64,000 nucleotides of DNA from Candidatus Poribacteria bacterium (lineage in GTDB: Bacteria > Poribacteria > WGA-4E > WGA-3G). Below the pieces are notes generated by a model. That model was not told the DNA's origin. It made no database searches and saw only the letters and a program-made list of their open reading frames with translations. This document shows, one piece after another, positions 1 to 12,300 of the stretch. Each line of letters starts with the position of its first letter. The first letter of the stretch is position 1. The position numbers and the translations under genes were made by a program. The stretch spans positions 128,001 through 192,000 of the forward strand of contig CAXXUA010000015.1 in NCBI GenBank assembly GCA_963663765.2. The letters run 5' to 3'.

Positions 1-245
1 AACATCATCTTCGTGATATGGAAGTTATGGCTCTTTACCCAGCAAATTCCATGTTTATGAAAGGATATCTCAATGCTTCAGGAAGTGAAGTATTGCGTAC
101 ATTACAGATGATAGAAGATGCGGGTTTTGTTATTGAAAAGAATACAGAAATTACAGAGTTCATGCGTCAAACACAGAATGCAAAGAAAAATGTCGTGCTC
201 AAAGAATTAGAATTGCTTCGTCCGCACATGGAATCTAATACATAA
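1..245 (+). CDS. bioB: biotin synthase, C-terminal part (gene begins before window)
   Basis: Frame open from window start: HHLRDMEVMALYPANSMFMKGYLNASG...MIEDAGF resembles the BioB C-terminal (A)NSIF-x-GxYLT...D-xGF signature. Confidence 0.7.
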   Translation, partial: HHLRDMEVMALYPANSMFMKGYLNASGSEVLRTLQMIEDAGFVIEKNTEITEFMRQTQNAKKNVVLKELELLRPHMESNT

Positions 246-281
246 TTGGTTTTGTATTACAAATAAGACTACTTTTCCGAT

Positions 282-962
282 ATGCAAATTGTTTATAAAG
301 AAGATCTTCAAAAGAAACTACTTAATCTCTACCATCAACTAAAAAATCAGCACGGTACACTGAGATGGTGGCCAGCGGACACTCCATTTGAAGTCGCACT
401 CGGTGCAATCTTAACACAAGCAACAGCTTGGCGAAATGTCGAGAAAGCGATAGGTAACCTCAAAGCTGCTAACGTCTTTACACCAGAGCAAATTCATGCA
501 GTCACGCAAGACGAATTAGAAGAACTTCTCAGACCGTCCGGGTACTATAAAATGAAGACAAAAAAGGTGCGTGCTTATGTTGAACATATTATGAAACGCC
601 CGATGCACGTGATGTTTAAGCAAGATGTTCCTAAACTCCGTGACGAGTTGCTATCCATTTACGGTGTTGGTCCTGAAACCGCAGACTCAATTATTCTCTA
701 TGCTGCTGAAAAACCAAGCTTTGTCGTTGATACCTACACATATAGACTTTTTAGTAGATTGGGATGGATTAAAGGAAACTATCATTATGAAAGACTACGT
801 GCTCTGTTCATGGATAATCTTTCTCACGATGTAGATCTTTTCAACGAATACCATGCATTGATCGTACGACATGGAGCGCGGGTTTGTAAGAAAACACCAC
901 AATGTGAGACATGCAACATGCAAGCAATATGCACTTATTTTAATGCAAAAATGTCTCAATAG
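282..962 (+). CDS. endonuclease III-related HhH-GPD DNA glycosylase with 4Fe-4S motif
   Basis: GAILTQATAW, LLSIYGVGPETADSI (HhH), VVDTY, C-terminal CKKTPQCETCNMQAIC. Confidence 0.9.
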   Translation: MQIVYKEDLQKKLLNLYHQLKNQHGTLRWWPADTPFEVALGAILTQATAWRNVEKAIGNLKAANVFTPEQIHAVTQDELEELLRPSGYYKMKTKKVRAYVEHIMKRPMHVMFKQDVPKLRDELLSIYGVGPETADSIILYAAEKPSFVVDTYTYRLFSRLGWIKGNYHYERLRALFMDNLSHDVDLFNEYHALIVRHGARVCKKTPQCETCNMQAICTYFNAKMSQ

Positions 963-983
963 GGTTAAGTGTTTGTACCTATG

Positions 984-1105
984 CAGGACTTACGCATCCA
1001 ACGGTAGGCGCGCTTTGTAAGCGCGCTGAAAACACAAATAAAGTTGAAGATTACATCATTTTCATCACAATTCTTGATTAAATCTTGAAAACTGCGTAAG
1101 TCCTG
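984..1105. mobile_element. MITE family A (TIR CAGGACTTACGCA), 5-bp TSD CTATG
   Basis: Perfect 13-bp terminal inverted repeats; CTATG at 979-983 and 1106-1110; internal GCGCGCTTTGTAAGCGCGC hairpin. Confidence 0.92.
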
Positions 1106-1120
1106 CTATGGTTAGAAAAA

Positions 1121-1924
1121 ATGGATACAAAGTTTTCAATAGAACATCCTGGTGAAATAATAGAACACCCATTTCCACCAACGCGTCCCGATGTAAAGAT
1201 AGTTGAAAGTTCTGATCGGATATATGAAGTTGATTGTCAAGAGTTACAATGGTGGTTTGCTATCCCAAAAATGGGTGAAACCTATATGTGGGCAGAATAC
1301 GATGGTGCAACACATAAGTTAGATGCTGTCACAGAAATGATCCCTACCATGCAAGCATATATCCAAGACATTGAATGTGTTGAAATCCAATTTAATGAAT
1401 GGCTTGAAAAAGAGTGGCCCTCCTCACCTGATCTAATGTACGCAGCTATTGATGAAACACATACAAGATGGATTTCTGTTGTAAATACTATTGATGGTCA
1501 GCGGATATACAATACAATTGGGGACAGATGGTTTGAAGAACAGTGGGGTGGACCATGCAAACGCAAAATCGTTGATGACGGTCGTTATGAATTGCAAACG
1601 GATGGTTCATTCAAAATCTCAGATGGAGATGGTATTGGTGCGGGAACTTATGATGTAACAATAGGGAATAACACATTTCATTGTCTTCGAGTTTTAGAAC
1701 CTGATTTGGACGCTGAACATGGTGGTGAAATGTGTGAGGTCTATATTGAAGAAAGTGGACGAACAGTTTTCTTCAGACGATATGATGGACGTTTCCTTCG
1801 CGGTCATGATCTATTAAAGAAGTTTCCAAATAACCGACGTATTGTGATTGACAATATCGTTTATGTCCATAGCAATTGCACTGGTGGGTTTCACGATACT
1901 TTCACTCTTGCTTCTCTCGGATGA
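1121..1924 (+). CDS. hypothetical protein; resembles the C-terminal extension domain of some ECF sigma factors, here standalone
   Basis: 267-aa ORF; motifs ELQWWFAIPK, YDVTIG..FHCLRV, EVYIEESGRTVFFRRY, IDNIVYVH recalled from such proteins (not database-verified). Confidence 0.6.
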   Translation: MDTKFSIEHPGEIIEHPFPPTRPDVKIVESSDRIYEVDCQELQWWFAIPKMGETYMWAEYDGATHKLDAVTEMIPTMQAYIQDIECVEIQFNEWLEKEWPSSPDLMYAAIDETHTRWISVVNTIDGQRIYNTIGDRWFEEQWGGPCKRKIVDDGRYELQTDGSFKISDGDGIGAGTYDVTIGNNTFHCLRVLEPDLDAEHGGEMCEVYIEESGRTVFFRRYDGRFLRGHDLLKKFPNNRRIVIDNIVYVHSNCTGGFHDTFTLASLG

Positions 1925-2065
1925 TCTCCAAGTGTATTATGATGTTTTTTCTATCTTTTTCGTGAACAGCAACTCTAATTGTTGTAAGATTTGCAATGTT
2001 TTGAAAAGGTCACAGGGAGCGAAGTAGAGGTTTTGCTTGCATCAACAGGCGGCAGTGGGTCCGGT

Positions 2066-2149
2066 GGAGGTGATACCCCTGACGATGGAGGTGATACCCC
2101 TGACGATGGAGATGATACCCCTGACGATGGAGGTGATACCCCTGACGGT
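2066..2149 (+). repeat. 4 x 21-bp tandem repeat encoding GGDTPDD linker
   Basis: GGAGGTGATACCCCTGACGAT repeated four times with single substitutions. Confidence 0.95.
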
Positions 2150-2287
2150 GGATGTGACGATGAGTTTGATTTGTTTTGGTCCACGATAGACTTTTTTGAC
2201 ACCACCGATTTGCCCACTCCTCCATCAGGCGGTGATTTCGGTGTATCTGGTCCCTTCACAGAAGGCATTGCGTCGAAAGAACCTTAT

Positions 2288-2409
2288 CAGGACTTACGCA
2301 CCCAACGGTAGGCGCGCTTTGTAAGCGCGCTGGAAACCGAAAAAATGCTGAAAATTACACCATTTTCGTCATAATTCTTCATCAAATCATGAAAACTGCG
2401 TAAGTCCTG
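2288..2409. mobile_element. MITE family A, 5-bp TSD CTTAT
   Basis: CAGGACTTACGCA...TGCGTAAGTCCTG flanked by CTTAT (2283-2287, 2410-2414). Confidence 0.92.
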
Positions 2410-2637
2410 CTTATAAGACCCTTGGGGAGAGAAGTCTATATGATTTCGAGGGAGGAGAATGGAGAACGTTTAAAGTAAATGTGGCACATCCTGTGGAATA
2501 GGCACATTGGGATTATAAGCCAGAGGTAATCAGCTCATCAGGTGAAAATGTAGGCACATGGGAAAATATTGATTTTGAAGGTAATAAAATAGAAAAGAAA
2601 TAATTGTGAATTAAGTTAGTTATTTGAGGAGGTACTA

Positions 2638-3039
2638 ATGTGTTTTGTACTTGAATTCGTACCAGAAGGCGTTGACGACTTCCCTCTGGTGCTTCTATCA
2701 GATTCTACACCAGAGAAAGCTGAAAAGTTATCCCAAGCGTTAACCCCTCTGGTTACAGACAATAATTCAGTCGTAGATATACACACTTTACCTTTTGTCT
2801 CGCCAGTTGACGGGTGCAGACTATCAGCAATAGTTATTGATGAAGATATTGGTCCCATTCAGATAGGAAACACAAAAAATCATTTTACGTGGGAGTTGAC
2901 ATGTCAAAGTTGGGAATGGATATTAGCGTTATTAGGTCCTTTTACCGAACCAGATAGCCTTGGTTATCAATACCTTGACCCTAATGATCAAACGAGTGAT
3001 ATCTACGTTATATTTTCAGATTATTATAGGAATTGGTGA
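2638..3039 (+). CDS. hypothetical protein, candidate immunity protein
   Basis: Strong GGAGG RBS; small acidic 133-aa protein directly downstream of toxin-like fragment. Confidence 0.6.
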   Translation: MCFVLEFVPEGVDDFPLVLLSDSTPEKAEKLSQALTPLVTDNNSVVDIHTLPFVSPVDGCRLSAIVIDEDIGPIQIGNTKNHFTWELTCQSWEWILALLGPFTEPDSLGYQYLDPNDQTSDIYVIFSDYYRNW

Positions 3040-3053
3040 TGCTACATTTGAAT

Positions 3054-3368
3054 TATAGTGAACATTGAAAATAATAGGACAAAGTCCCTGTAGGAGCGAT
3101 CTCCGAATCGCGAGTTAGCTCAGTGATAATCGGGAATCGGAGTTCCCGCCTACATCTTGAAGAGTGAGAGATGCCTAACCAACTAAGAATAGTGTATTCA
3201 AAGATTTTTTGCCAAAACAAATTATAAGTATGGTAAATATTGAAAATAATTATACAACACACTTGTAAGAACGACAACCGAATCGGACGAAACTCAATAA
3301 TAATAATTGGGAAACGGAGTTCTCTCCTTGAGTCCAAAAAGATCATATTAATTCTATAATCTACCATA
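3054..3368. repeat. MITE family B remnants (TATGG/TATAG...CCATA ends) with a GTAG-type REP-like inverted pair (3090-3154)
   Basis: TATAGTGAACATTGAAAATAAT (3054), TATGGTAAATATTGAAAATAATT (3230), right end ATTAATTCTATAATCTACCATA; GTAGGAGCGATCTCCGAATCGCGA and inverted partner ending CCTAC. Confidence 0.6.
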
Positions 3369-3391
3369 TTACTGCCCATGGAGGTATAACG

Positions 3392-6300
3392 ATGTTTAAC
3401 CAGGAAAAAATCAAATTAGCTGTAGGAATTTTGTGTCTGACGCTTTTATTTGTGACAACTTCTGTAATAGTCCTTGCTCAAGATATAACAAGCGACGAGA
3501 AAATAATTGAACGTTACAAGCAAATGCTCAATCAAAAACCAAAAGAAGGAAGTACCTTTGATCGTTTATACCAGTTATATCTTGAAGGGGATGGCTTAGA
3601 AGCAATGCTGAAAGACTATCAAAAACAGGTTGAAGCAAAACCTAATAACGCCAACCTTCAACTAATTTTAGGACACATTTACAAACGACTTGGTAAAGAC
3701 AAGGAAACTCTCATTGCATATCAAAAAGCTGTCTCACTTGCACAAAACGATTATTATACTCATTTCGCTTTGGGACAGTTCTACTTGGTACAAAGACAGC
3801 ATGACGAAGCTATAAGTGAATTGACTCAAGCTACAACATTGTCCGAAAAGTCACAAACCATCTCACCCGAAGAACTTTCTGAAATCTACAAATCCCTTGG
3901 AAATGCATATTTTAGTCGTGATATGTTAGATGAAGCGATAAAAACTTGGGAAAAAATTGCCGATCTTGACCCACAGAACATCTTCGCACGAATTGAACTT
4001 GCCGATCTTTTCCGCGAACAAGAACTATATCAACAAGCCATTGCACAATACCAAACAATTATAGAGATAAAAAAAGATGATGCATATCGCAAATGTCTAA
4101 GTCTGAGAGAAATCGGTAAAATTCATGAAGCAACGGCTAATTATGATAAAGCACGAGATGCTTATGATGACGCATTAACTTTAACAACCCCAGGCAATTG
4201 GCTAAGGAAAGATTTGCAGCAACGAATCATTGCCATTTATTCCGCCGATGCAAATTGGAAAGAACTAATTTCTTACTATCAAAATAAACTTGAAACCAAT
4301 CCAAGCGACCCCGAATTACATGGTCTGCTTGCAGTTGCGTATATAGAAAACCAACAACTTGATGAGGGTATTAATTCCTATAAAAAAGGCTTGGAACTTG
4401 CACCGACAGACACCGGATTACGACTAAATCTAATAGACACATATCGTAATTCTGAAAAGTATACTGAAGCAGCAGCTGAATATGAAGTCCTTAGTGAACA
4501 ATATCCTGATGATTTTGGAATATATCGTGAACTCGGTAAGTTGTATGTTCAACTTGAAAATGTCAATAAAGCTAAAACTGTATATCAGAGTATGATTGAT
4601 CGTGATCCAACAAACGCAAGTACCTTCCTCACACTTGCAGAAGTATACACAGGTCACGAATGGACAGACGATGCAATAGCAGCCTATAAAAAGGCAATTA
4701 CGCTTGCACCCAACAATCTGGATTACATTGAATATTTTGGAGAATACTACTTCCGACAAGGAAATCGAGAGAAGGCAATTGAAACTTGGAATCTGATGGT
4801 TGCTAATGAAAAAGTTACTGCTGATAACTATGACCGATTAGCACGATTGTTAGAAACTAAAGCTTATTCTGATGAATCTATTGAAGCGAGTAGAAAAGCT
4901 GTTGAATTGATTCCAGATGCATATCGTTTCCGAGAAGCATTGGCAAAACGCCTGATGAACAACAAAAAATTTGATGAAGCACTAAAGCAATATACGGAAG
5001 CAATCAACCTTGCCCCTAATGCTTTTTTTGCAGAACAAATGGACTCACAACGCATCGAACTCTTTCGTCGTCAGGGAACTCTTGTCAAGAAAATTGAAGA
5101 AGTGGAATTTATACTTGAGCAACCTAATCTTTCAGCAACAGATAAATTTACAAACTTAAAACGTCTTGCAAAAATGTCACTGAAATTAGGTAATACTACC
5201 TATGGACTTGAAGTCTTGTTAAAGGCAAAAGAACTCCAACCAAATGACATAACTGTCAATAGATGGACTGCAGAGATATACATTAAACAAGGTAGAAGTG
5301 ACAAGGCAATCACAATTTATGAACACTTAACGGATATTGATAACACGAATGCACGAGAATACTATTCACACATAGCGAATTCTTATCTAAAAGGTTATGA
5401 TTTTGAAAAAGCAACTGAAGCTGCAAAGCAGGTCATTGCCCACAGTCCACGAAATCCTGAAGGACATCAACTACTTGCACAAATAGCAAAACAGTCAGAT
5501 GATTATGATTCAGCTGTTGAAAGTTACAAACAAGCAATTCGGTTGCGTCCAGATGGTATTGAAATTCGCATGGAACTCGCTGCTGTCCATAACCTAAACG
5601 GAAACACACATCAAGCAATAGCACAATACTGGCGATGTTGGGAATTAAGTGATAATGTAAGCGATAAACTCAATTATATCAAACCACTCACTGAAGCATA
5701 CTATGATTTAGGAAGACATGAAGAATTGGAAGAAAAACTGAAGCAAATGGTAAGAACAAATACCTCTGTAATTGCTCCAACTTTAGCACTTGCTCAGATA
5801 TATAAAGCTGAAGGGGATTTATCAAGTGCAAGATCCCAACTGGCACGCGCATTAGATAGACAACGTGATAATCAAGAATTACTATACCAACTTGTGGAAA
5901 TAAGTATAGACCTTGGTGATTTGCAGGAAGCATTGAATTTCCAGCAAAAACTTGTCCAAGCTGCACCGGACCCTATCCATAAACAAAGACTTGGGCAATT
6001 GTTGTTTGACGCAGGTCGCGAACAGGAAGCAATGCAGGCATGGTCACAAGTACTACATACAAAAAACCAGAGTTATGATGCTGAAATGAAACTGGCAGAT
6101 CTCTTGATACTACACGGCTTGACAGAAGAAGGATTATTTGCTTTAGACAATGCAGCTCAGAAAGTAAAAGGTACTGACATACATATTCAACTCTATAAAA
6201 TCGGTGCTAAACTTGTTGAAATAAACGAACCAGATAGAGCAATTCCACACTTTAAACGTATCTTAGAAATGGGTCCTCCCACTAAAGATCAGAGTTTAAG

Positions 6301-9300
6301 CAGTGCATCTAATAAAGTAAAAAATACTGTTTCTACTACATCCAATTCACCTCTGGTCACACAGATATCTGTAGTACCAGCTAACATTAACCCATTTACA
6401 TTGAGAAACAAACTTACCCTTGCTGTAAATCTTTCTCAAAGAATTCGACCTGACTATGGTTATAGTCAAAGTCAGGCATGGACCCCAAGTAGCTATGACG
6501 AAGCACAAGCCGGCGCGCTTGTTCAACTAAACGCTATCATGCAAGAAAAAGAAAAACTGGAAGAATTTGTATCCCAATTTGAGGAAAATGCTGCTAAGAA
6601 TCCAAAGGATACTCAGACTCTTGAGTTACTTGCACAACTATACCATCTGAATAGAAAGTCTGAAAAAATACAAGAAATTACTGATAGACTAATGGCTGCA
6701 TCACCGAATAAACCTGTATATCAGAGGATGCAATTGGAAGAGTTACTTACCGAAAAGGACTTTGATCTTGAGAAATATTTTGAGAAACTTGACAATATGT
6801 CATGGTTGACACCTGAATATCGACACCTGTATATTACAGATACTATCAGAAGATTTCAATCTCAAGGACGTACAGAAGATGCAAAAAAGCTCTTTAATAG
6901 TATTGAAAATGAGTTAATAGTCAATGACAAGAATGCAAATCTAATGGTTTCTATGTACATCGGTTTTGGAAAAATTGATGACGCAAAGAAAATTATAGAC
7001 CAATTGCATAAGACTTCTACAAAACCGATGTCTTCATCTATGTTTGATATGGTTGCACGAATGTATCTCAATGAAGGTGACATTGACCAAGCAGTTGCAA
7101 TGTCTAAGATGTACTTTGATAGTTCGATACCTCGTAAAATAAATCCCCGACGAACAACTTCTCTCGGTCCTTCAAATTATTCTCATGGTGGTTACCCTCA
7201 GATACAATACAATTTCCCGTCTCCCACAACATATTATGACTCCAGCCGTTTACAGTACCTACAGAGAGTCTTCAACAGACTTTGGATTATAAATGAACAT
7301 CAAAAACTATATGATGCGTTTCAATCTGATTGGGACTCTGCAAAAGGGATAGACCGTCTTTATCCTGCTTTAGCTATCAGTTACTGTTACTGGTGGGAAA
7401 ACAAACGGGAGGAATCACAAAAAATACTTGCAGATTTACAGAAGGAATTCCCAGAAGACCTTAACCTAAAGAAAATTGCTTTATTTGTTTCAATACAATC
7501 AGGTGGACACAAAACCGCATTAACTTTACTTAAGGCACTTTCGGAAGACGACCCAAGAAATAGACAACAATACCATGATTTAACGCTACAAATTGCCGTG
7601 CATATTGGTGATACAAAAACAGTTCGAGAGATGATAACAAAAATTCTCAGTTCACCAATCGGCGTCCGTGAATTGTATCAGTTTTCACAAAAACTTCAAC
7701 AAGCTGGATTAACGCAGTCTGCAATCGCTGTTGCACAAAAAACTATGAATTTAGCAATGAGAGAACGCGATCCCAATTTTCTCGTCCAGTTAAGCCAACA
7801 CTTGGAAGGACTCGGACGTGGAGTAGATGCGGCACGTATTGCAACACGCGCTTTACGTTTTTCCAACCAACGCAATCAGTCTGGTCAACCAATGCAATCC
7901 TATTACTTGCAGCAAGCATCAAGACTTGCTAATCGTTCCGTTCCTGTTGGTAACCCCGCTGCAAAGTTAGAAGAAGCAGTAAAGAAAAACCCAAATTCCA
8001 TACAAGCGCATCTGAAATTGGCTTCGTTTTATGAAAATAGAAATCAACCACAAAAAGCTTCAACTGCTTATGATGCTGTACTAAAACTACGACCAAAAGA
8101 TTACAATATAAGATATAGATATGCACAGATGTTGCAGCGAAATAGACTATCAAAAGATGCTGTTTCCCAATATATCATTCTGATGAAAGACCATAGTAAT
8201 TTCAACAGAATATATTCTAACTATTGGGATATCATGAGAACCTTTTTTGACGCAAACGAAACAGAAAAATTAGTTTCATTAGTCAAAGAATTAATTGATA
8301 GTGATAAAAACAAAAACTCAAGAACAATTGAGTTTGCAAGGAGAGCAGCACAGCAGTGCAGAAGTCAAAAAAAACTGGTAGAAGCTAAAGAAATCTATGA
8401 GAAAATCTTAGATATAGACACTTATGACAACACCACAAGTTTAGCAAGTGTTTATGCAGATTTAGGTGATCGAGAGAAAGCAATTACTCTCCTACAAGAC
8501 AAACTAAATATTGAAGATTATGTGTACCAAGTTAGAATATTAATACACCTCTCACAATACAATGAAGCATTGGACAGTATAAAAACCTTTGTTGTTAAGC
8601 ATGAGGTAAAGATCAATGATGAACAAGCCGAACCTTCTTTACTATATTTAGTAACTGTTGGGAAAATTATCATCGGTGATATACAAGGTTCAGACACAAT
8701 TTATAACAAACTAATTGAAAACATTACTTCCAAAAACAGATTGCAGTGGTTAAATACCATTGCAGATACATATCAAAAGAAAGGGGATGTTGATCGAGAA
8801 ATACTTACATTAACTGCTGCAACGAAAAAAATTGATACGAACAATACTTGGCAGCTATCGGATACATTTCGTAAACTTGGTAATGCTTATTCAAAAAAAG
8901 GTGATAAAGATAATGCAAAAGAGTACATTCAAAAAATGGGAACCTTAAGTCTCATGGCACGACAGGGAGCACCCCCTTCTTATGAAAAAGATAGGGTTGC
9001 AAGAACGTATATGGAATATGAAATGTGGGATGAAGCAGAAGTACTATTGACAGAAGTCATGAACGATCTAAATTCACAGCAATATTATCGGGAAAACGCA
9101 CAAAGACAATTAATGACAATACAACAGAGGCGAGGCGGACCTTCAACGAATCAGAATACTAATGCTGCTTCTAAGCGAATGAACATTCCCCTCCAACGTT
9201 CTATGGCACAACAACACATGCGTCAAAATCAGATTCCAGAGGCAATTCAGATTTACGAGCAAATTGCAAAGGTTTTACCTGAAGACCTTGAATCGCGCTC

Positions 9301-12300
9301 CCGACTTGCCGGTCTTTATACACGACAAAACCAACACGATAAAGCTATAACAACTTGGAAAGCACTTGTTGAAGTAGATCCTGAAAATACGAAATATCAA
9401 GATGGTATCATAAACGCATATCAGAGTGCAGGAAGAATCAACGAGGCAATAAAACTTGCTCAAGAATATATTCAAACCGATACCGATACAGGTGTTCATT
9501 TCGCTCGACTTGCAAGATTATATGCAAGCAACAGTCAAGTTGACAAAGCTATAGATACATATAAAAAAGCAATTGAACTCACACCTGAAAATGCAAGTGT
9601 ACATCAGTCGTTAGCACAACAATATATACGAAAGAAAAATTGGGAGGAAGCAATGAAATCTTTCAATACTGCTTTACAATACGCAAGACAAGGCGGAGAG
9701 AAACAAAGTATTGAAAGACAGATAATGGATGTTTACCGTCAACAAGGTAAACTTGATGAATATCTGAAGGAAGCAGAAAAGAAAGGAACACTTAGCTTCG
9801 ATATGCAAAGGGATATTGCCCGTAACTACTATAATCAGGGCAAATTAGATGAAGCAGCAAAATCCTATGAAAAAGCTCTTAAGATGACTACACAACAATA
9901 TATGCAACAGGATATTGAACGTCAACTGCTGAACATATATCGGCGTCAAGGAAAATTGGAGGAAAAACTAAAGGAAGCAGAAAAAAACGATACGCTTACT
10001 TTTGCTATGCAAACAGAACTTGCTCGGTTCTATAGCAATAAGGGTGAATCTGAAAAAGCTATCAGCGCTTATAAGCAAGCAATCAAAATGACTACAAGTA
10101 GTAATCAAATGGACAATATCTATAGGGAAATGATGCAGTTGTATGTGCGAAGTAATGACAATGAAGCAGCAATTCAACTATATGAAACCATGAAACAGAA
10201 AACATCATCCGGACCTTCTGTAGGCTATACTTCAAACAAATTCACCATAAGTTTCGGAGAGGATAAACCTCGAGATACTTTAATAAATGCATATAAAACT
10301 CAAGAAAAACTAAATTTTCTAAAAACGCATTTTAGTTCAAAACTGGAAAAGAATCCAATTGATAATGATAGTCTTGCACTTGTCGCTGAGATATATAGAA
10401 AAACTGATGATCATGTGAAAGCAGGAGAAACATACCTTACCCTCAGCAAAGCAGAACCAAAAAATATACGTGCCTATTATTATGCTGCTGCAGCATTCAA
10501 AAACATTGGTAAAGACGAACAGGCAAATGAAATGTTAGATCAGGGTAATTCAGTCCTATCATCAAGTAACAAAAATCATGACTTCTGGTTCCTCTGTGCT
10601 ATTGGAACGATATGTTATGAAAGTAGATTGTACACATCTGCCATAGACATTTTTAAACAAGCAATTACTGCTAAAAACACACATTCTCACGGTAGCAGCA
10701 ATAAAACGGAAGAAGAAATACTATATGACCTAATAGGTAAAAGTGCATTTGCAATAAAAGAGTATGAAGTTGCAGCGGAAGCTTATCAGGAATTAAAGAA
10801 AATATCGCGTCATGCATCCAAGAGGAAAAATGCAGAACAAGCAATAAAACGCGCATATCAAGAAGGAAAACTATATGAGAAGCAGCTTCCTAAACAGATA
10901 AAGAAAGTTGAAGAAAATCCCAATAGTGTTGATGCACGCTTGGCACTCGCACAGAACTATGAGATGAGCAATAAACTGAGCGAGGCAATTGTACAATACG
11001 AAAAGATCAGTGAACTCCAACCTGAACAAGTACAGTGGTACAAAAAAATCGCTGAATTATACAATCAATCAAATTCAATCAATGTGAAAGAACGTTTAGA
11101 AAAGGCTGCTGCTGCTTATGAAAAGGCAATTTCGCTTGAATCAACTTCTTACGAACTCTATACATCTTTGGCAACAATATTTAAACGACAAAACAAGCAA
11201 GCTGAAGCTGAAGCTGTGTATAGACTGGCATTGACAGCCTCACTAAAACCATCTGATCATGACTCAGCTGTTCAAGCGATTTTAAATATGTACAAAGGAA
11301 ATGAAAATATTGAAAAACGACTCACTGTTCTTAAAGAACTTGAAACGAAAAAAATAAATAGTCCCTTATTGCATAAAATGTTGGGAGACAATTACTTAGA
11401 GGCTGGTGAAGAAGAAAAAGCATTGGAGACATACAAAAAGTGGTTTGAAATTCTATCTAATCAACCCGATCAAAGACATCATGCAGAGCACTATTTCGTG
11501 CTTACTGAAGAACTGCTGAATAAGTTTATAATGCTGGATTTTGCATTAGAACTTGCAAAACGTGCAGCTGAAACACGACCAAGTTCTGTCTATATTTCAA
11601 CCTTAGGACATGCATATCTTGCTAATGACGAGTATGATAAAGCATTAGAACAATTCCAACACAGTCTGGGACTACAAAATCATTCTGGTCATTCTCAGGG
11701 TGAAACAGAAGTTGGATATATGCTTACCCGTGTCTCTCAAATGCATAAACATGCATCTGACAAAGAAAAATACCTTGAGATGATGGGAAAATTGTTAGAA
11801 CTAATACCTGAGAATATAGGAAATCAGTTAGAAAATAACTTGTCAATAGCAAAACTTTGTCTTGATTTGGGTATGACCGATAAGGCAAAATCACTTGTGT
11901 TGAAAACAGGCTTTTTACCAGAGACCTCATGGGCAACAATAGGACCCTTTGATAACACTAAAGGTGTTGGTTATAATACTGCGTATATCCCTGAAGAAAA
12001 ACCTAAGATTGACCAAACTGCGAAATACGATGGTCTCACTGGTAAAATAGGTTGGATTCCAAGTGGGGATGTTGTCTTTGATGGTTTCTTTGATTTCGGT
12101 AAAGAAGAAAACTGGTATACCGCCTATGCAGCTATCACTATCTCATCACCCGATGAACGAAATGCACATATCCGATTTGACTCTGATGACCAAGGTAAAG
12201 TATGGCTAAACGGCAAAAAAGTATATGCACACAGAAGAACGCGTGGTGCTGTAATAGATCGGCGAACAATACCTGTGACGCTCACTGCAGGTAATAATAC

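Larger units (their letters stand above)
1991..2603 (+). pseudogene. disrupted polymorphic-toxin-like C-terminal fragment (GEWR...H...HWDYKP)
   Basis: Removing MITE 2288-2409 and one TSD restores frame KEPY-KTLGERSLYDFEGGEWRTFKVNVAHPVE*AHWDYKP...KK*; extra in-frame TAG at 2499-2501. Confidence 0.55.
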
